DNA of 64,000 nucleotides from an uncultured Clostridia bacterium (GCA_947589015.1 CANPZF010000002.1:18252-82251); one strand, 5' to 3'; positions 1 to 10,882 are shown, numbered from the stretch's first letter. Notes: a model not told the origin generated them from the sequence alone. Numbers and translations are program-made.

Positions 1-432
1 TAATTTTCCAGTGGCTAAAAATAAATCAACGTCTTTTTTTCTTTCCTCAACAGTTTTTCCTTGTTCTATAATTATAGGTTTAATACCATTTTGGACAAAA
101 GTTAAAGCAGCAAAGAGCCCAGCTGGTCCTGCTCCAATAATAACAGGAGGCTTAGAGGAATTGTAATTTATTGATATTGGTGAAATTTTAGCCGATTGTA
201 TTTGTTGTATATGAGCATTTTTTCTTTTTAAATATTTGATTTCATTTTTTAAATTTAAATCTATATTATATGTATAATGAATATCATCTTTTTTTCTAGC
301 ATCAATAGATTTTTTAGAAATGTGCCATTCAAGTATATCTTCTTTATTAATGGAAACTTTATTGATAGCAAATTCTAAAATTTCTATATCAGATAGATCT
401 TTTCTTATTTTTATATTGTTAATTCTAATCAT
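1..432 (-). CDS. FAD/NAD(P)-binding oxidoreductase, N-terminal part (gene runs off window start)
   Basis: Own translation from ATG at 432 (AAGGAGAA RBS upstream): MIRINNIKIRKDLSD...SKPPVIIGAGPAGLFAALTF...; open to position 1; GxGxxG dinucleotide-binding motif. Confidence 0.6.
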   Translation of the reverse strand, partial: MIRINNIKIRKDLSDIEILEFAINKVSINKEDILEWHISKKSIDARKKDDIHYTYNIDLNLKNEIKYLKRKNAHIQQIQSAKISPISINYNSSKPPVIIGAGPAGLFAALTFVQNGIKPIIIEQGKTVEERKKDVDLFLATGKL

Positions 433-452
433 AAATTCTCCTTTTGTTTAAT

Positions 453-1036
453 ATTATAACATTAAATGAGAATAGACACAATACACATAAATTGATTGCT
501 TAAGTTTTGGCATTTTTGTGACATTGGCACTTCTCGCTTTTTATTATACAATACGGCAGCATATAGTATATATATTAGTTGATAAATCAACGCTTGATTG
601 GAATGAAAAATAGAAATTCTTATATACAAAATTGAGGGATGTTCACGGAAAAATGATTATTAATATATTCTTTTTCATTACACGCCTCGGCTTGATACAT
701 GACTTAGAAATTCTTGATAAAATCAATCAGCGCCCTCGTGAGGCGAGATTCCCTAATTGATTTTATTTAGAATTTCTACAGTCATTCCACGGCGCATTCG
801 TCGTTTCATTCAAAAGAATATATTAATAATCATTTTGGCCTGAGTGAAAGAGGCGCAATTTTGTATATTAGAATTTCTTTTTGAATGTAATGAACAAGTT
901 GATTTATCAACTAATATATATACTATATGCTGCCGTATTGTATAATAAAAAGCGAGAAGTGCCAATGTCACAAAAATACCAAAACTTAAGCAATCAATTT
1001 ATGTGTATTGTGTCTACTTTCATTTAATGTTATAAT
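453..1036. repeat. Family A nested palindromic element, copy A1 (family-conserved part about 500-989, nested in an extra outer palindrome)
   Basis: Left and right halves are reverse complements around a centre near 745; core 620-900 nearly identical to 24945-25230; related copies at 43850-44268 and 53961-54098. Confidence 0.9.
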
Positions 1037-1067
1037 GTTTATACAAAAAAGATAAAAGGAGAGAAAA

Positions 1068-1700
1068 TTGAAAAGTAAGAACACGAAATGGTTAATTGTA
1101 TTATTCTTAATATTAATTTTTACTTTTATATATGTGTGCATTGCAACTGGTTGGATAGAACACTTTGATAATATCTTATATGAAAATATATTAAAATTAA
1201 GAAGTCCAATTCTAACTAATATAATTATTTGTATTACTAATATTGGAGGAACGACAAGTGTATGTGGAATATCTTTAATTCTAATAATGATAATGTTTAT
1301 TATGAAAAAAAGAAAGTATGCTATAGGAATAACTTTAAACATTTTAATAAGTTCATTATCATATACAATTTTAAAAAGCATATTTCAAAGACCTAGACCA
1401 CCAATAAATGAAAGACTAATTGAAGAAGTAGGATATAGCTTTCCGTCAGGACATTCTACTAACAATATGGCATTCTATGGATTTATAATTTATTTAACTT
1501 ATAAAAACATAAAAAATAAAATTTTAAGAAATGTAATAATAATGATTTTAACTCTATTAATTATTTTAATAGGATTTAGCAGAATATATTTAAGAGTTCA
1601 TTATCCAAGTGATGTAATAGCAGGATTCTGCTTAGGAATTATTTGTATTATCGTATTTGTGTCAACTATATTTAATAAAATAAGTGAAGAAAATAAATAA
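1068..1700 (+). CDS. PAP2-family phosphatase (membrane)
   Basis: TTG start after AAAGGAGAG RBS; PAP2 motifs SFPSGHS and SRIYLRVHYPSDV; multiple TM segments. Confidence 0.8.
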   Translation: MKSKNTKWLIVLFLILIFTFIYVCIATGWIEHFDNILYENILKLRSPILTNIIICITNIGGTTSVCGISLILIMIMFIMKKRKYAIGITLNILISSLSYTILKSIFQRPRPPINERLIEEVGYSFPSGHSTNNMAFYGFIIYLTYKNIKNKILRNVIIMILTLLIILIGFSRIYLRVHYPSDVIAGFCLGIICIIVFVSTIFNKISEENK

Positions 1701-1722
1701 AATCATAACCATAAATATGTGG

Positions 1723-1983
1723 CTATGATTTTTTTAAATGGCTATATTTTAATTTAGTTGCCATTCCTCCTCTAATATGTCGTTCAGCCTTGTTCTCATC
1801 TAAAATGGCTCTGACTTCTTTGGCTAGGCTAGAGTTTATTTTTTTCAATCTTTCAGAAACATCTTTATGTACGGTGGATTTAGAAATTCCAAATTTTTTT
1901 GCTGCTCCTCTGACTGTATCTTTTGAATCTATAATATAATGTGCAAGAGCTGTTGCACGTTCTTCTATTGAAACATTTTTCAT
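1723..1983 (-). CDS. spoIIID: Sporulation transcriptional regulator SpoIIID
   Basis: MKNVSIEERATALAHYII...KKFGISKSTVHKDVSERL...RGGMATKLKY closely parallels B. subtilis SpoIIID; start moved to the Met after GGAGG (ORF track starts at 1998). Confidence 0.9.
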   Translation of the reverse strand: MKNVSIEERATALAHYIIDSKDTVRGAAKKFGISKSTVHKDVSERLKKINSSLAKEVRAILDENKAERHIRGGMATKLKYSHLKKS

Positions 1984-2155
1984 AAAGACAGCCTCCATTG
2001 AATACTTTTAGTTTTGTTTAATTGTATTCAAAATTGAGGAGCAATAGAACAGGCAAAATAAAAACGATTTTTTTCATATATTTAAAAAATATAGTTTTAC
2101 TTTTTCAATTTAATGGTATAATAATAAAGAATAAAAAAAATGGAGATGATTATTA

Positions 2156-4762
2156 ATGACGAATGCTAAAGAAGAAGTTAATGTAGCAAAATTGTATGGA
2201 AAAGAATGTACTTTACGAAAGGAAGAATTTCTCAAAACATTTAATATTTCAGAAAAAGGATTAACATCGCAAAAAGCAGAGGAAAATATTCAAAGATTTG
2301 GACCTAATGAAATAACTCAGGCAAAACCAAAAAAATGGTATAATTATTTTGTGGAAAGTCTTCTTTCACCCTTTAATTGCATATTATTAGGAATTGTATT
2401 AATACTCTTGTATACAGATGTATATTTACCCGAGACACCTAGTTATGCTAACATAATTGTTATTGTAGTGTTAGTTACAGTAAGTACGTTATTAGACTTT
2501 TTTGAAGAATATCGTTCTAATAAAGCAGCTGAAAAACTAAAAGAATTAGTAGCAACAACGGCAACAGTAATTAGGGATGGAAAAGAAGTACAAGTCCCTA
2601 TAAAAGAGGTAGTTTTAGGTGATGTTGTTTTACTTTCAGCAGGAAGTATGATTCCAGCAGATTTGAGAATTATTGAATCAAAAGATTTATATGTAGGACA
2701 ATCAGCACTAACAGGGGAGTCTGATACAGTAAAAAAATTATCAGAATCTGAACTTGAAATGGATGATATTGTAAATATTGCAGATTTAGATACAATTTGT
2801 TTTATGGGAACAAATGTAGCATCAGGAAGTGCAAAAGGGGTTATTATAAAAACATCAGATGATACGTATTTTGGAAAAGTTGCAAATACACTTTCAAAAG
2901 GAAAACCAAAAACTTCTTTTCAACAAGGTATTGAAAATATAAGTAGATTATTAATTCACTTTATGCTTATTATAATTCCAATTGTATTTATATTAAATGC
3001 ATGGAAACATGATACAATACTTGCATTTACATTTGCAGTAGCAATTGCTATTTGTATTACACCACTATTGCTTCCAGTAATTTTATCTTCTAGTTTATCT
3101 AAAGGTGCTGTAAGAATGTCTAAGAAAAAAACTATTGTAAAAAAATTGGATGCAATTCAAAATTTTGGAGCAATGAATATTCTCTGCACAGATAAAACAG
3201 GAACATTAACTGAAGATAAAATAGTGCTTGAAAAATATTTAGATACAAATGGGGAAGAGGACATAAGAGTACTAAAACATGCCTTTCTTAATTCTTATTT
3301 CCAAACAGGCTTAAAGGGAAATATAGATGAGGCTGTTATTGCTAGAGGTATTGAAAATGGATTAGAATCTTTAAAGACCACATATAAAAAGATTGATGAA
3401 ATTCCATTTGACTTTTCTCGTAGACGTTTGTCTGTAATTTTAGATGATGGCAATAAAAAGCAAATGATAACCAAAGGTGCTGTTGAAGAAATCCTAAGTA
3501 TTTGTACATTAGTGGATTACAAAGGACAAGTTAGTCCTATTACAAAAGAAATCAAAAATCATATAAAAGAAGTTAGCAAAAAATTAAATGAAGAAGGTTT
3601 AAGAGTTGTTGCTGTATGTCAAAAAAATAATATTGCAAATATTCAAAACTTTGATGTATCAAATGAGAGTGATATGGTACTAATGGGATTTATAGGATTC
3701 TTAGATCCACCTAAAGAAAGTGCAAAAGAATCTATTGAGCGTTTAAATAAAGCAGGAATCCGTGTTATGGTTTTAACAGGAGATAATGCAGAAGTTACAA
3801 GATGTATTTGTAGAAAAGTAGGAATTAATACTAAAAGAATAGTTGTAGGAAGTCAAATTGATAAATTAACAGATATTGCGCTTTTAAGACATCTGAGGGT
3901 AACAAATGTATTTGCAAAGCTTTCTCCAATTCAAAAAGCTAGAATAGTACGTCTTTTAAAAGAAGCTGGAAATACAGTAGGATATATGGGAGATGGAATT
4001 AATGATAGCCCTTCTCTTACAAATTCTGATGTAGGTGTTTCAGTTGATACAGCTGTAGATATTGCAAAAGAATCTGCCGATGTAATTTTATTAGAAAAAG
4101 ACTTAAATGTATTATTAGATGGTGTAACTGAAGGAAGAAGAACATTTGTTAATTTAATGAAATATATAAAAATGGCAACTAGCTTTAACTTTGGAGAAGT
4201 ACTTTCTGTTATGGTTGCAAGTGTACTTTTACCATTTTTACCAGAAACACCAATACAATTATTAGTAGAAGGATTATTATATGATTTTGGACAAATGACA
4301 TTACCTTTTGATAATGTAGATAAAGAAGATTTACAAAATCCTAAAAAACTTGATATTAATAGCTTAAAGAGATTTATGTTTTTTATGGGACCGTTAAGTT
4401 CAGCATTTGATATGCTTATATTTGCATATATGTGGTTTGTATTTAAAGTTAGAGATGCCGCAACATTTCAAAGTATATGGTTTTGCTATAGTATAATTTC
4501 TAATTTACTAGGAATGCATATTATTAGAACTGCTAAAAATCCTATTGAAGGTAGCAATGCAAGTAAGCCAGTATATTTTTCTTCTATAATTATAATGATT
4601 ATTGCAATTTTATTGCCATATACTATTTTGGGAAAAACTATAGGTCTTGTACCAATTGGTGCACATGTTATTTTGATAATGTTTGCAATTTCATTGTTCT
4701 ATTGTATAGTTGCAAGTTATGCAAAGAACTATTATATTAAAAAATATGGAGAATGGATTTAA
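2156..4762 (+). CDS. mgtA: Magnesium-translocating P-type ATPase
   Basis: 868 aa; DKTGTLT phosphorylation motif, MVLTGDN, GDGINDSPSL; overall MgtA-type architecture. Confidence 0.85.
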   Translation: MTNAKEEVNVAKLYGKECTLRKEEFLKTFNISEKGLTSQKAEENIQRFGPNEITQAKPKKWYNYFVESLLSPFNCILLGIVLILLYTDVYLPETPSYANIIVIVVLVTVSTLLDFFEEYRSNKAAEKLKELVATTATVIRDGKEVQVPIKEVVLGDVVLLSAGSMIPADLRIIESKDLYVGQSALTGESDTVKKLSESELEMDDIVNIADLDTICFMGTNVASGSAKGVIIKTSDDTYFGKVANTLSKGKPKTSFQQGIENISRLLIHFMLIIIPIVFILNAWKHDTILAFTFAVAIAICITPLLLPVILSSSLSKGAVRMSKKKTIVKKLDAIQNFGAMNILCTDKTGTLTEDKIVLEKYLDTNGEEDIRVLKHAFLNSYFQTGLKGNIDEAVIARGIENGLESLKTTYKKIDEIPFDFSRRRLSVILDDGNKKQMITKGAVEEILSICTLVDYKGQVSPITKEIKNHIKEVSKKLNEEGLRVVAVCQKNNIANIQNFDVSNESDMVLMGFIGFLDPPKESAKESIERLNKAGIRVMVLTGDNAEVTRCICRKVGINTKRIVVGSQIDKLTDIALLRHLRVTNVFAKLSPIQKARIVRLLKEAGNTVGYMGDGINDSPSLTNSDVGVSVDTAVDIAKESADVILLEKDLNVLLDGVTEGRRTFVNLMKYIKMATSFNFGEVLSVMVASVLLPFLPETPIQLLVEGLLYDFGQMTLPFDNVDKEDLQNPKKLDINSLKRFMFFMGPLSSAFDMLIFAYMWFVFKVRDAATFQSIWFCYSIISNLLGMHIIRTAKNPIEGSNASKPVYFSSIIIMIIAILLPYTILGKTIGLVPIGAHVILIMFAISLFYCIVASYAKNYYIKKYGEWI

Positions 4763-4772
4763 TAAAGAAAAA

Positions 4773-4806
4773 AGCAATGAATCTATTTTGATTTATTGCT
4801 TTTTTA
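4773..4806. terminator. Bidirectional rho-independent terminator between convergent genes
   Basis: Hairpin AAGCAATGAATC...GATTTATTGCTT flanked by A and T runs. Confidence 0.6.
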
Positions 4807-4814
4807 TAATATAT

Positions 4815-5465
4815 TTAATTAAGTTGCTTTCTGTTATGATAAATTTCATTTAAATAATCATCTGGATAATATTTATCCAAAAAAGTATCTATGGAATTTT
4901 TAGCAGGTATATTAAAAGAACGCTGTTGTTGTCTGGTAGCAGCCATACAAGATATTACAATATCAAATGTCATAAATAACATGAAAAATACAGTAAAAAT
5001 TTTAACATTTTTTTTGTAAATTAAGTACTCAAATTTTGAAATTAAAGGATATGCTATTTTTAAAAATATTACAGCAATAATTCCCCAATAAAAACAATAT
5101 AATAGACTTGTTCTACCATTTAAATTCATAAACAAATTACTATAATCCCAAGAAATTGTTCCCCAAAACATTTCTTGAAAAAAGGAGCATAAGTATTCAA
5201 GGGTTCCACCCATTATCATTCCAGCAAAAAATAATTTTTTAGGTTCTTGTATTTTTGAAACAAGTAAATAATATGCTATTGCCCCTATGCCATAGATTTG
5301 TATAAAAGGACCATAAATTAAACCTTGTCGTACTTCTATTGTTCTAGTGTATACAAATGCATATAACATTTCTGCAAAGAATCCAAAAACACTTCCTATA
5401 ATAAATATCCAAAATATTATTAAAATAAACTTGATTATCTTTTTTTCTTTCATATAAATCCCCAA
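4815..5465 (-). CDS. Multi-pass membrane protein (CmpB-like putative transporter family)
   Basis: 216-aa ORF with about 6 hydrophobic segments; family assignment from memory only. Confidence 0.45.
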   Translation of the reverse strand: MGIYMKEKKIIKFILIIFWIFIIGSVFGFFAEMLYAFVYTRTIEVRQGLIYGPFIQIYGIGAIAYYLLVSKIQEPKKLFFAGMIMGGTLEYLCSFFQEMFWGTISWDYSNLFMNLNGRTSLLYCFYWGIIAVIFLKIAYPLISKFEYLIYKKNVKIFTVFFMLFMTFDIVISCMAATRQQQRSFNIPAKNSIDTFLDKYYPDDYLNEIYHNRKQLN

Positions 5466-5533
5466 ATATTTTAATCATGATTATTATATACCATTTACAA
5501 AAAAAAATAAATATTTTAATCTATAAAAAAATA

Positions 5534-5637
5534 GTTACTGGATAATAGCTCAATCATTAATGTAAATGTTAGTGCTATGATAATATATTATTATAGAACT
5601 AGCAACTACATCAATGGTTTGACTATTATCCAATAAC
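5534..5637. repeat. Singleton palindromic intergenic element (about 31-bp arms plus inner hairpin)
   Basis: GTTACTGGATAATAGCTCAATCATTAATGTA pairs with TACATCAATGGTTTGACTATTATCCAATAAC; inner GTTAGTGCTAT/ATAGAACTAGCAAC. Confidence 0.7.
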
Positions 5638-5753
5638 AAAAAACATAGAAATTAATATAAAAACTATTGCAATTTATATGCAAAATCTGTTATAATAAAA
5701 AAAGTGTAATAAAAGTAACAAAATTAAATTAATGTAAGAAGGGTGCTAATAAT

Positions 5754-5843
5754 ATGAAAAAATATATTAAAAAAACAAATTTCATAGAATCAAATGTTTT
5801 TTTAATAGTTGCTTTAATAATTTCATTTATATTTATGTTCTAA
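5754..5843 (+). CDS. Small 29-aa hydrophobic peptide ORF (MKKYIKKTNFIESNVFLIVALIISFIFMF)
   Basis: ATG preceded by AGAAGGGTG; basic N-terminus and hydrophobic tail; followed at once by a terminator. Confidence 0.3.
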   Translation: MKKYIKKTNFIESNVFLIVALIISFIFMF

Positions 5844-5870
5844 ATAAGGGAAAATACCTTATTTTTTTTT
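5842..5870 (+). terminator. Rho-independent terminator just upstream of carA
   Basis: AATAAGG-GAAAATA-CCTTATT followed by T9. Confidence 0.6.
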
Positions 5871-5897
5871 GTAATTTAGAAAGAAAGGAAGTATTTT

Positions 5898-6983
5898 ATG
5901 AAAGAATTCGACAAAAAAATTGTATTAGAAGACGGAGAAGAATATTATGGATATGGATTTGGTAGTAACAAAGAAGCTATATGTGAAATTGTTTTTAATA
6001 CATCTATGGCAGGATACCAAGAAATAATTTCAGACCCATCATATACATATCAGATGGTAGTAATGACATATCCATTAATTGGAAACTATGGAATAACAGA
6101 TGATGACTATGAAACCAAACAACCTACAATCGGAGGAATGATAGTAAGGGAATACAATGACCATCCAAGTAATTTTCGTTATACTAAAACACTATCAGAA
6201 TATTTAGAAGAAAACAATATTCCAGGAATTTCAGGTATAGACACAAGAAAATTAACTAGAAGCATAAGAGAAAAAGGTAGTAGAAAAGTAATTATAACAG
6301 ATATTAATATAAGTAAGCAAAAAGCACTAAAAAAACTACATGAATATGAAATTCCCAAAGATGCAGTAGCAAAAGTAAGTTGCAAGAAAAAATGGTATTC
6401 AAGAACAGCTAATCCAAATTATAATGTAGTAGCTGTAGATTGTGGAATAAAATTAAATATTGTAAGAAATTTAAATAAAAAAGGATGTAATGTAACCATA
6501 GTTCCATATAATACAACAGCTAAAGAAATTATAGAATTAAAACCAGATGGAATATTTTTGTCTAATGGACCAGGAAATCCAGAGGATGTAACAGAAGTAA
6601 TTGAATTAGTAAAAAAATTAAAAGGTAAATATCCTATATTTGGAATATGCTTAGGCCATCAAATGATAAGTCTAGCATATGGGGCTAAAACATATAAATT
6701 GAAATTTGGACATAGAGGAGGAAATCATCCAGTTAAAAATTTAGAAACTGGCAAAATTGAAATTACAAGTCAAAATCATAGCTATGCAGTAGAAGAAGAA
6801 TCATTAAAGAAAACAGGATTAGTAGTAACTCATAAAAATATTTTAGATAATACAGTAGAAGGTGTAGCATGCAAAAAGGACAAAATATTTAGTGTACAAT
6901 ATCATCCAGAGAGTGCACCAGGACCACAAGATAGTGAATATTTATTTGACCAATTTATACAGTTATTAGAAAAAAGTAAATAG
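5898..6983 (+). CDS. carA: Carbamoyl-phosphate synthase small (glutaminase) subunit
   Basis: 361 aa; class I amidotransferase motifs GICLGHQ and HPE; N-terminal CPSase small-chain pattern. Confidence 0.95.
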   Translation: MKEFDKKIVLEDGEEYYGYGFGSNKEAICEIVFNTSMAGYQEIISDPSYTYQMVVMTYPLIGNYGITDDDYETKQPTIGGMIVREYNDHPSNFRYTKTLSEYLEENNIPGISGIDTRKLTRSIREKGSRKVIITDINISKQKALKKLHEYEIPKDAVAKVSCKKKWYSRTANPNYNVVAVDCGIKLNIVRNLNKKGCNVTIVPYNTTAKEIIELKPDGIFLSNGPGNPEDVTEVIELVKKLKGKYPIFGICLGHQMISLAYGAKTYKLKFGHRGGNHPVKNLETGKIEITSQNHSYAVEEESLKKTGLVVTHKNILDNTVEGVACKKDKIFSVQYHPESAPGPQDSEYLFDQFIQLLEKSK

Positions 6984-7015
6984 AAATATAAGAATTATGA
7001 AAGGAAGGTATAAAA

Positions 7016-10000
7016 ATGCCAAAAAGAAAAGATATAAAAACTGTACTAGTAATTGGTTCAGGACCAATTGTAATAGGACAAGCAGCAGAATTTGATTATG
7101 CAGGAACACAAGCTTGTTTAGCACTAAAGGAGGAGGGGTACAAAGTTATATTAGTTAATTCTAATCCTGCAACAATTATGACAGATACAGCTATCGCAGA
7201 TAAGGTGTATATGGAACCATTAACAATGGAATATGTGGCTAAAATTATTAGATATGAAAGACCAGATGCTATATTGCCAGGAATTGGTGGACAAACAGGT
7301 TTAAACTTAGCAATGCAATTATATAAAAAAGGAGTTTTACAAGAATGTCAAGTAGAACTTTTAGGAACTAGTAGTGAAAGTATTGAAAAAGCAGAAGATA
7401 GAGAAAAGTTTAAAGAGTTATGTGAAAAATTAGGAGAACCTGTATTAGAGTCTATTATAGCAACAACTATTGAAGAAGGTGTAGAAGCAGCTAAAAAAAT
7501 AGGTTACCCAATTGTTTTAAGACCAGCTTTTACATTAGGAGGAACTGGTGGAGGATTTGCAGATAATGAAGAAGAACTAAGAGAATTGATAAAACATGCA
7601 TTAAAACTTTCTCCTGTAAAACAAGTTTTAGTAGAGAAAAGTATAAAAGGATATAAAGAAATTGAATATGAAGTAATAAGAGATAAAAATGATACAGCAA
7701 TAACTGTATGTAATATGGAAAATTTAGATCCAGTAGGAATCCACACAGGAGATTCTATTGTAGTAGCACCAAGTCAAACTTTAACAAATAAAGAATATCA
7801 GTTACTAAGAGATAGCGCATTAAAAATAATAAGAGCTTTAAAAATAGAAGGAGGATGTAATGTTCAATTTGCATTAGATCCACACTCATTTAAATATTAT
7901 TTAATAGAAGTAAATCCTAGAGTGTCACGTTCTTCAGCATTAGCTTCTAAAGCAAGTGGATATCCAATAGCAAGAGTTTCTGCTAAAATTGCAATTGGAA
8001 TGAGATTAGATGAAATTATGTTGGCAAACACACCAGCAAGTTTTGAACCTGCACTAGACTATGTAGTAACAAAAGTTGCAAGATTTCCATTTGATAAATT
8101 TACACTTGCATCAAATAAGTTAAGTACACAAATGAAAGCAACAGGGGAAGTAATGAGTGTAGGTAGAACATTAGAGGAAAGTCTATTAAAAGCAGTTCGT
8201 TCATTAGAAATTGGAGTATGCCATATCCAAATGGACAAATTTAATAAATATAAAACAGAAGATTTAATGGATTATATCAAAGATGGTACAGATGATAGAA
8301 TTTATGCAATAGCAGAATTAATTAGAAGAGATGTGGATATAGGATTAATATATAACATAACAAAAATAGATATGTTTTTCTTAGAAAAAATTAAACATAT
8401 AGTAATTTTAGAAAAACTACTAATAGAAAATGTTGGAGATATTAGTGTTTTAAAACATGTAAAAAAATTTGGATTTAGTGACAAATATATTGCGAAGATA
8501 TGGAAAAAGACAGAGGAAGAAATATATTTATTAAGGAAAAAAGAAAATATATATCCAGTATATAAAATGATTGATACATGTAGTAGCGAATTTGAAAGTT
8601 ATGTACCTTATTTCTATTCTACTTATGAAGAAGAAAATGAATCAATTGTAAGTGACAATAAAAAGATAATTGTATTAGGAGCTGGACCAATTAGAATTGG
8701 GCAAGGAGTAGAATTTGACTATTCAACAGTTCATGCAATAAAAACTATAAAAGAAGCAGGTTACGAAGCAATTATTATAAATAACAATCCAGAAACAGTA
8801 TCAACAGATTATACAACTAGTGACAAATTATATTTTGAACCATTAACAGTAGAAGATGTAATGAATATAATTGATTTAGAAAAGCCAGAAGGAATTATTG
8901 CAGCTTTGGGTGGACAAACAGCCATAAACTTAGCTGAGCCACTTTCTATGCTAGGGGTAAAAATAATTGGTACAGACGTCAATGCAATAGAAAAAGCTGA
9001 AAATAGAGATGCTTTTGAAAAGGTAATGAAAGATTTAAAGTTATTACAACCTAAAGGGGAAGCTGTAACTAATATAGAAGATGGAATAAAAGTGGCAGAA
9101 GAAATAGGATATCCTGTATTAGTAAGACCAAGCTATGTACTAGGTGGAAGAGCAATGCAAATAGTTTCTAATAAAATATCATTGGAAAAATACCTAAAAA
9201 CAGCAGTAGAAATAAATAAAAAACAACCAGTCTTAGTTGATAAATATATTATAGGTAAAGAATTAGAAGTAGATGCAGTCTGTGATGGAAAAGATGTTTT
9301 TATACCAGGAGTTATGGAACATGTTGAAAAAACAGGAATACATTCAGGTGATAGTATTAGTATTTATCCGACTTTTAGCATTAGTGAAAAAGCAAAACAA
9401 ACTATAATAGACTATACAGTAAAATTAGGGCTAGGAATAGGAATTGTAGGATTATATAATATTCAATTTATTGTAGATAAAAATGAAGATGTTTATGTAA
9501 TTGAAGTAAATCCAAGGTCATCTAGGACTGTACCATTTATATCTAAATCAACAGGTTATTCTTTGGCAGATATAGGAACGCTTGTTATGTTAGGAAAAAC
9601 ATTAAAAGAACAAGGAATTACAGAAGTATATCCAAAGGAAAAAGAAAAATGGTATGTAAAAGCACCAGCATTTTCTTTCTCAAAATTGAATGGCTTAGAT
9701 GCATATCTTTCACCAGAAATGAAATCAACAGGAGAGGCTATAGGATATGATAAAAAATTAACTAGAGCATTGTATAAAGCATTACAATCTTCAGGAATGC
9801 ATTTGGCTAATTATGGAACTATATTTTTGACTATAGCTGATAAGGATAAGGAAGAAGCACTTCCTCTAATAAAAAGATTTTATAATTTAGGATTTAATAT
9901 AGAAGCTACAGAAGGAACTGCTAAATTCTTGAAAGAGCATGGAATAAGAACGAGAATCAAGAAAAAAATTAGTGAGGGTAGCGAAGAAATATTGGATTCT

Positions 10001-10195
10001 ATGAGGCAAGGATATGTAAGTTATGTTATTAATACAAGAGATTTAGATTCTATAAATCAAGAAACAGATGGTGCATTTATTAGAAGATGTGCAGTTGAAA
10101 ATAATATACCTATATTTACAGCATTAGATACAGTAAGAGTTTTACTAGATGTTTTAGAAGAAATTACACTAGGTATATCAACAATAGATGAATAG
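7016..10195 (+). CDS. carB: Carbamoyl-phosphate synthase large subunit
   Basis: 1059 aa; duplicated ATP-grasp halves ([22 protein letters not shown] / [22 protein letters not shown]) and MGS-like C-terminus. Confidence 0.95.
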   Translation: MPKRKDIKTVLVIGSGPIVIGQAAEFDYAGTQACLALKEEGYKVILVNSNPATIMTDTAIADKVYMEPLTMEYVAKIIRYERPDAILPGIGGQTGLNLAMQLYKKGVLQECQVELLGTSSESIEKAEDREKFKELCEKLGEPVLESIIATTIEEGVEAAKKIGYPIVLRPAFTLGGTGGGFADNEEELRELIKHALKLSPVKQVLVEKSIKGYKEIEYEVIRDKNDTAITVCNMENLDPVGIHTGDSIVVAPSQTLTNKEYQLLRDSALKIIRALKIEGGCNVQFALDPHSFKYYLIEVNPRVSRSSALASKASGYPIARVSAKIAIGMRLDEIMLANTPASFEPALDYVVTKVARFPFDKFTLASNKLSTQMKATGEVMSVGRTLEESLLKAVRSLEIGVCHIQMDKFNKYKTEDLMDYIKDGTDDRIYAIAELIRRDVDIGLIYNITKIDMFFLEKIKHIVILEKLLIENVGDISVLKHVKKFGFSDKYIAKIWKKTEEEIYLLRKKENIYPVYKMIDTCSSEFESYVPYFYSTYEEENESIVSDNKKIIVLGAGPIRIGQGVEFDYSTVHAIKTIKEAGYEAIIINNNPETVSTDYTTSDKLYFEPLTVEDVMNIIDLEKPEGIIAALGGQTAINLAEPLSMLGVKIIGTDVNAIEKAENRDAFEKVMKDLKLLQPKGEAVTNIEDGIKVAEEIGYPVLVRPSYVLGGRAMQIVSNKISLEKYLKTAVEINKKQPVLVDKYIIGKELEVDAVCDGKDVFIPGVMEHVEKTGIHSGDSISIYPTFSISEKAKQTIIDYTVKLGLGIGIVGLYNIQFIVDKNEDVYVIEVNPRSSRTVPFISKSTGYSLADIGTLVMLGKTLKEQGITEVYPKEKEKWYVKAPAFSFSKLNGLDAYLSPEMKSTGEAIGYDKKLTRALYKALQSSGMHLANYGTIFLTIADKDKEEALPLIKRFYNLGFNIEATEGTAKFLKEHGIRTRIKKKISEGSEEILDSMRQGYVSYVINTRDLDSINQETDGAFIRRCAVENNIPIFTALDTVRVLLDVLEEITLGISTIDE

Positions 10196-10216
10196 TAGAT
10201 ATTGTATAATATTGAC

Positions 10217-10244
10217 ACTATATTACCAATTTCGACATAAAATA
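10217..10244 (+). promoter_or_regulatory. Candidate sigma-K-type promoter for yabG
   Basis: AC, then 17 nt, then CATAAAATA fits AC-N16-17-CATAnnnTA; B. subtilis yabG is sigma-K dependent. Confidence 0.3.
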
Positions 10245-10272
10245 TTATAGCCCAATTTAATGAGGTGATGAA

Positions 10273-10641
10273 ATGAGACAGATAAAGAAAGGTGATATAG
10301 TAGGCAGAAAATCATATAACAAAGATGTAATTTTTGTTGTAAAAAATATAATAAGCACAAGAAATGGAAAAATAGCTATTTTAAGAGGCTTAATTGAAAG
10401 AGTAGAAGCAGACTGTCATATAGAAGATTTAGAACTTATAGACAAAAAAACAATAAAAAATAATTTAAAGTTGCAAGAAATAAAGGCAGAAAAAAGAATA
10501 AATTCTTCAAAAAACAATGAAAAAGATACACAATATAGAATAGGAATTTTAAATTTAGACAAAAGAAATAAAGAAAGAATTATTACAGGTAAAATATTGC
10601 ATTTAGATGGAGATAATATTTTTATATACACACACCAATAA
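10273..10641 (+). CDS. yabG: Sporulation-specific protease YabG, 5' segment of a split gene (authentic coding to about 10611, then read-through into the insert)
   Basis: MRQIKKGDIVGRKSYNKDVIFVV...GKILHLDGD parallels the B. subtilis YabG N-terminus (GDMVARKSY...GKVLHLDGD). Confidence 0.85.
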   Translation: MRQIKKGDIVGRKSYNKDVIFVVKNIISTRNGKIAILRGLIERVEADCHIEDLELIDKKTIKNNLKLQEIKAEKRINSSKNNEKDTQYRIGILNLDKRNKERIITGKILHLDGDNIFIYTHQ

Positions 10642-10651
10642 AAAATTTTTT

Positions 10652-10794
10652 GTTACAAGATAATGATTTAAATGCTTATATATTAATATATTTTGTCAAA
10701 ACATATCTGGGGTGTAACAATCTGGGTATTGACTGCAAATATTAATATATAAGCATTTTAGCATATTCTAAGTTTGTAACCACTATCCTGTAAC
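10652..10794 (+). repeat. Family B palindromic element, copy B1 (inside the intervening element)
   Basis: GTTACAAGATAATG...ATGCTTATATATTAATAT...centre...ATATTAATATATAAGCAT...CTATCCTGTAAC; close to 59878-60034. Confidence 0.85.
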
Positions 10795-10882
10795 AATTTT
10801 TTTGAAGTTTATAGTAAAAGATAGTAGAAAAGCTAAATTATAAATGATATAATTAGTACAGTATTATAAGAGGAGAAAATTT

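Noticed and set aside
986-1381. 131-aa minus-strand ORF overlapping the end of repeat A1 and the PAP2 gene
   Set aside because: It is antisense to a well-supported gene, has a low-complexity Ile/Phe/Asn-rich product and no RBS. This is typical AT-rich spurious ORF behaviour.
2000-2155. Looked for an M-box (Mg2+) riboswitch upstream of mgtA
   Set aside because: The leader is about 150 nt of AT-rich sequence without the GC-rich conserved M-box helices. No support.
5640-5897. Looked for a PyrR-binding attenuator upstream of carAB
   Set aside because: No ARUCCAGAGAGGYU-like binding loop was found. Only a small ORF and a terminator are present, reported separately as low-interest.
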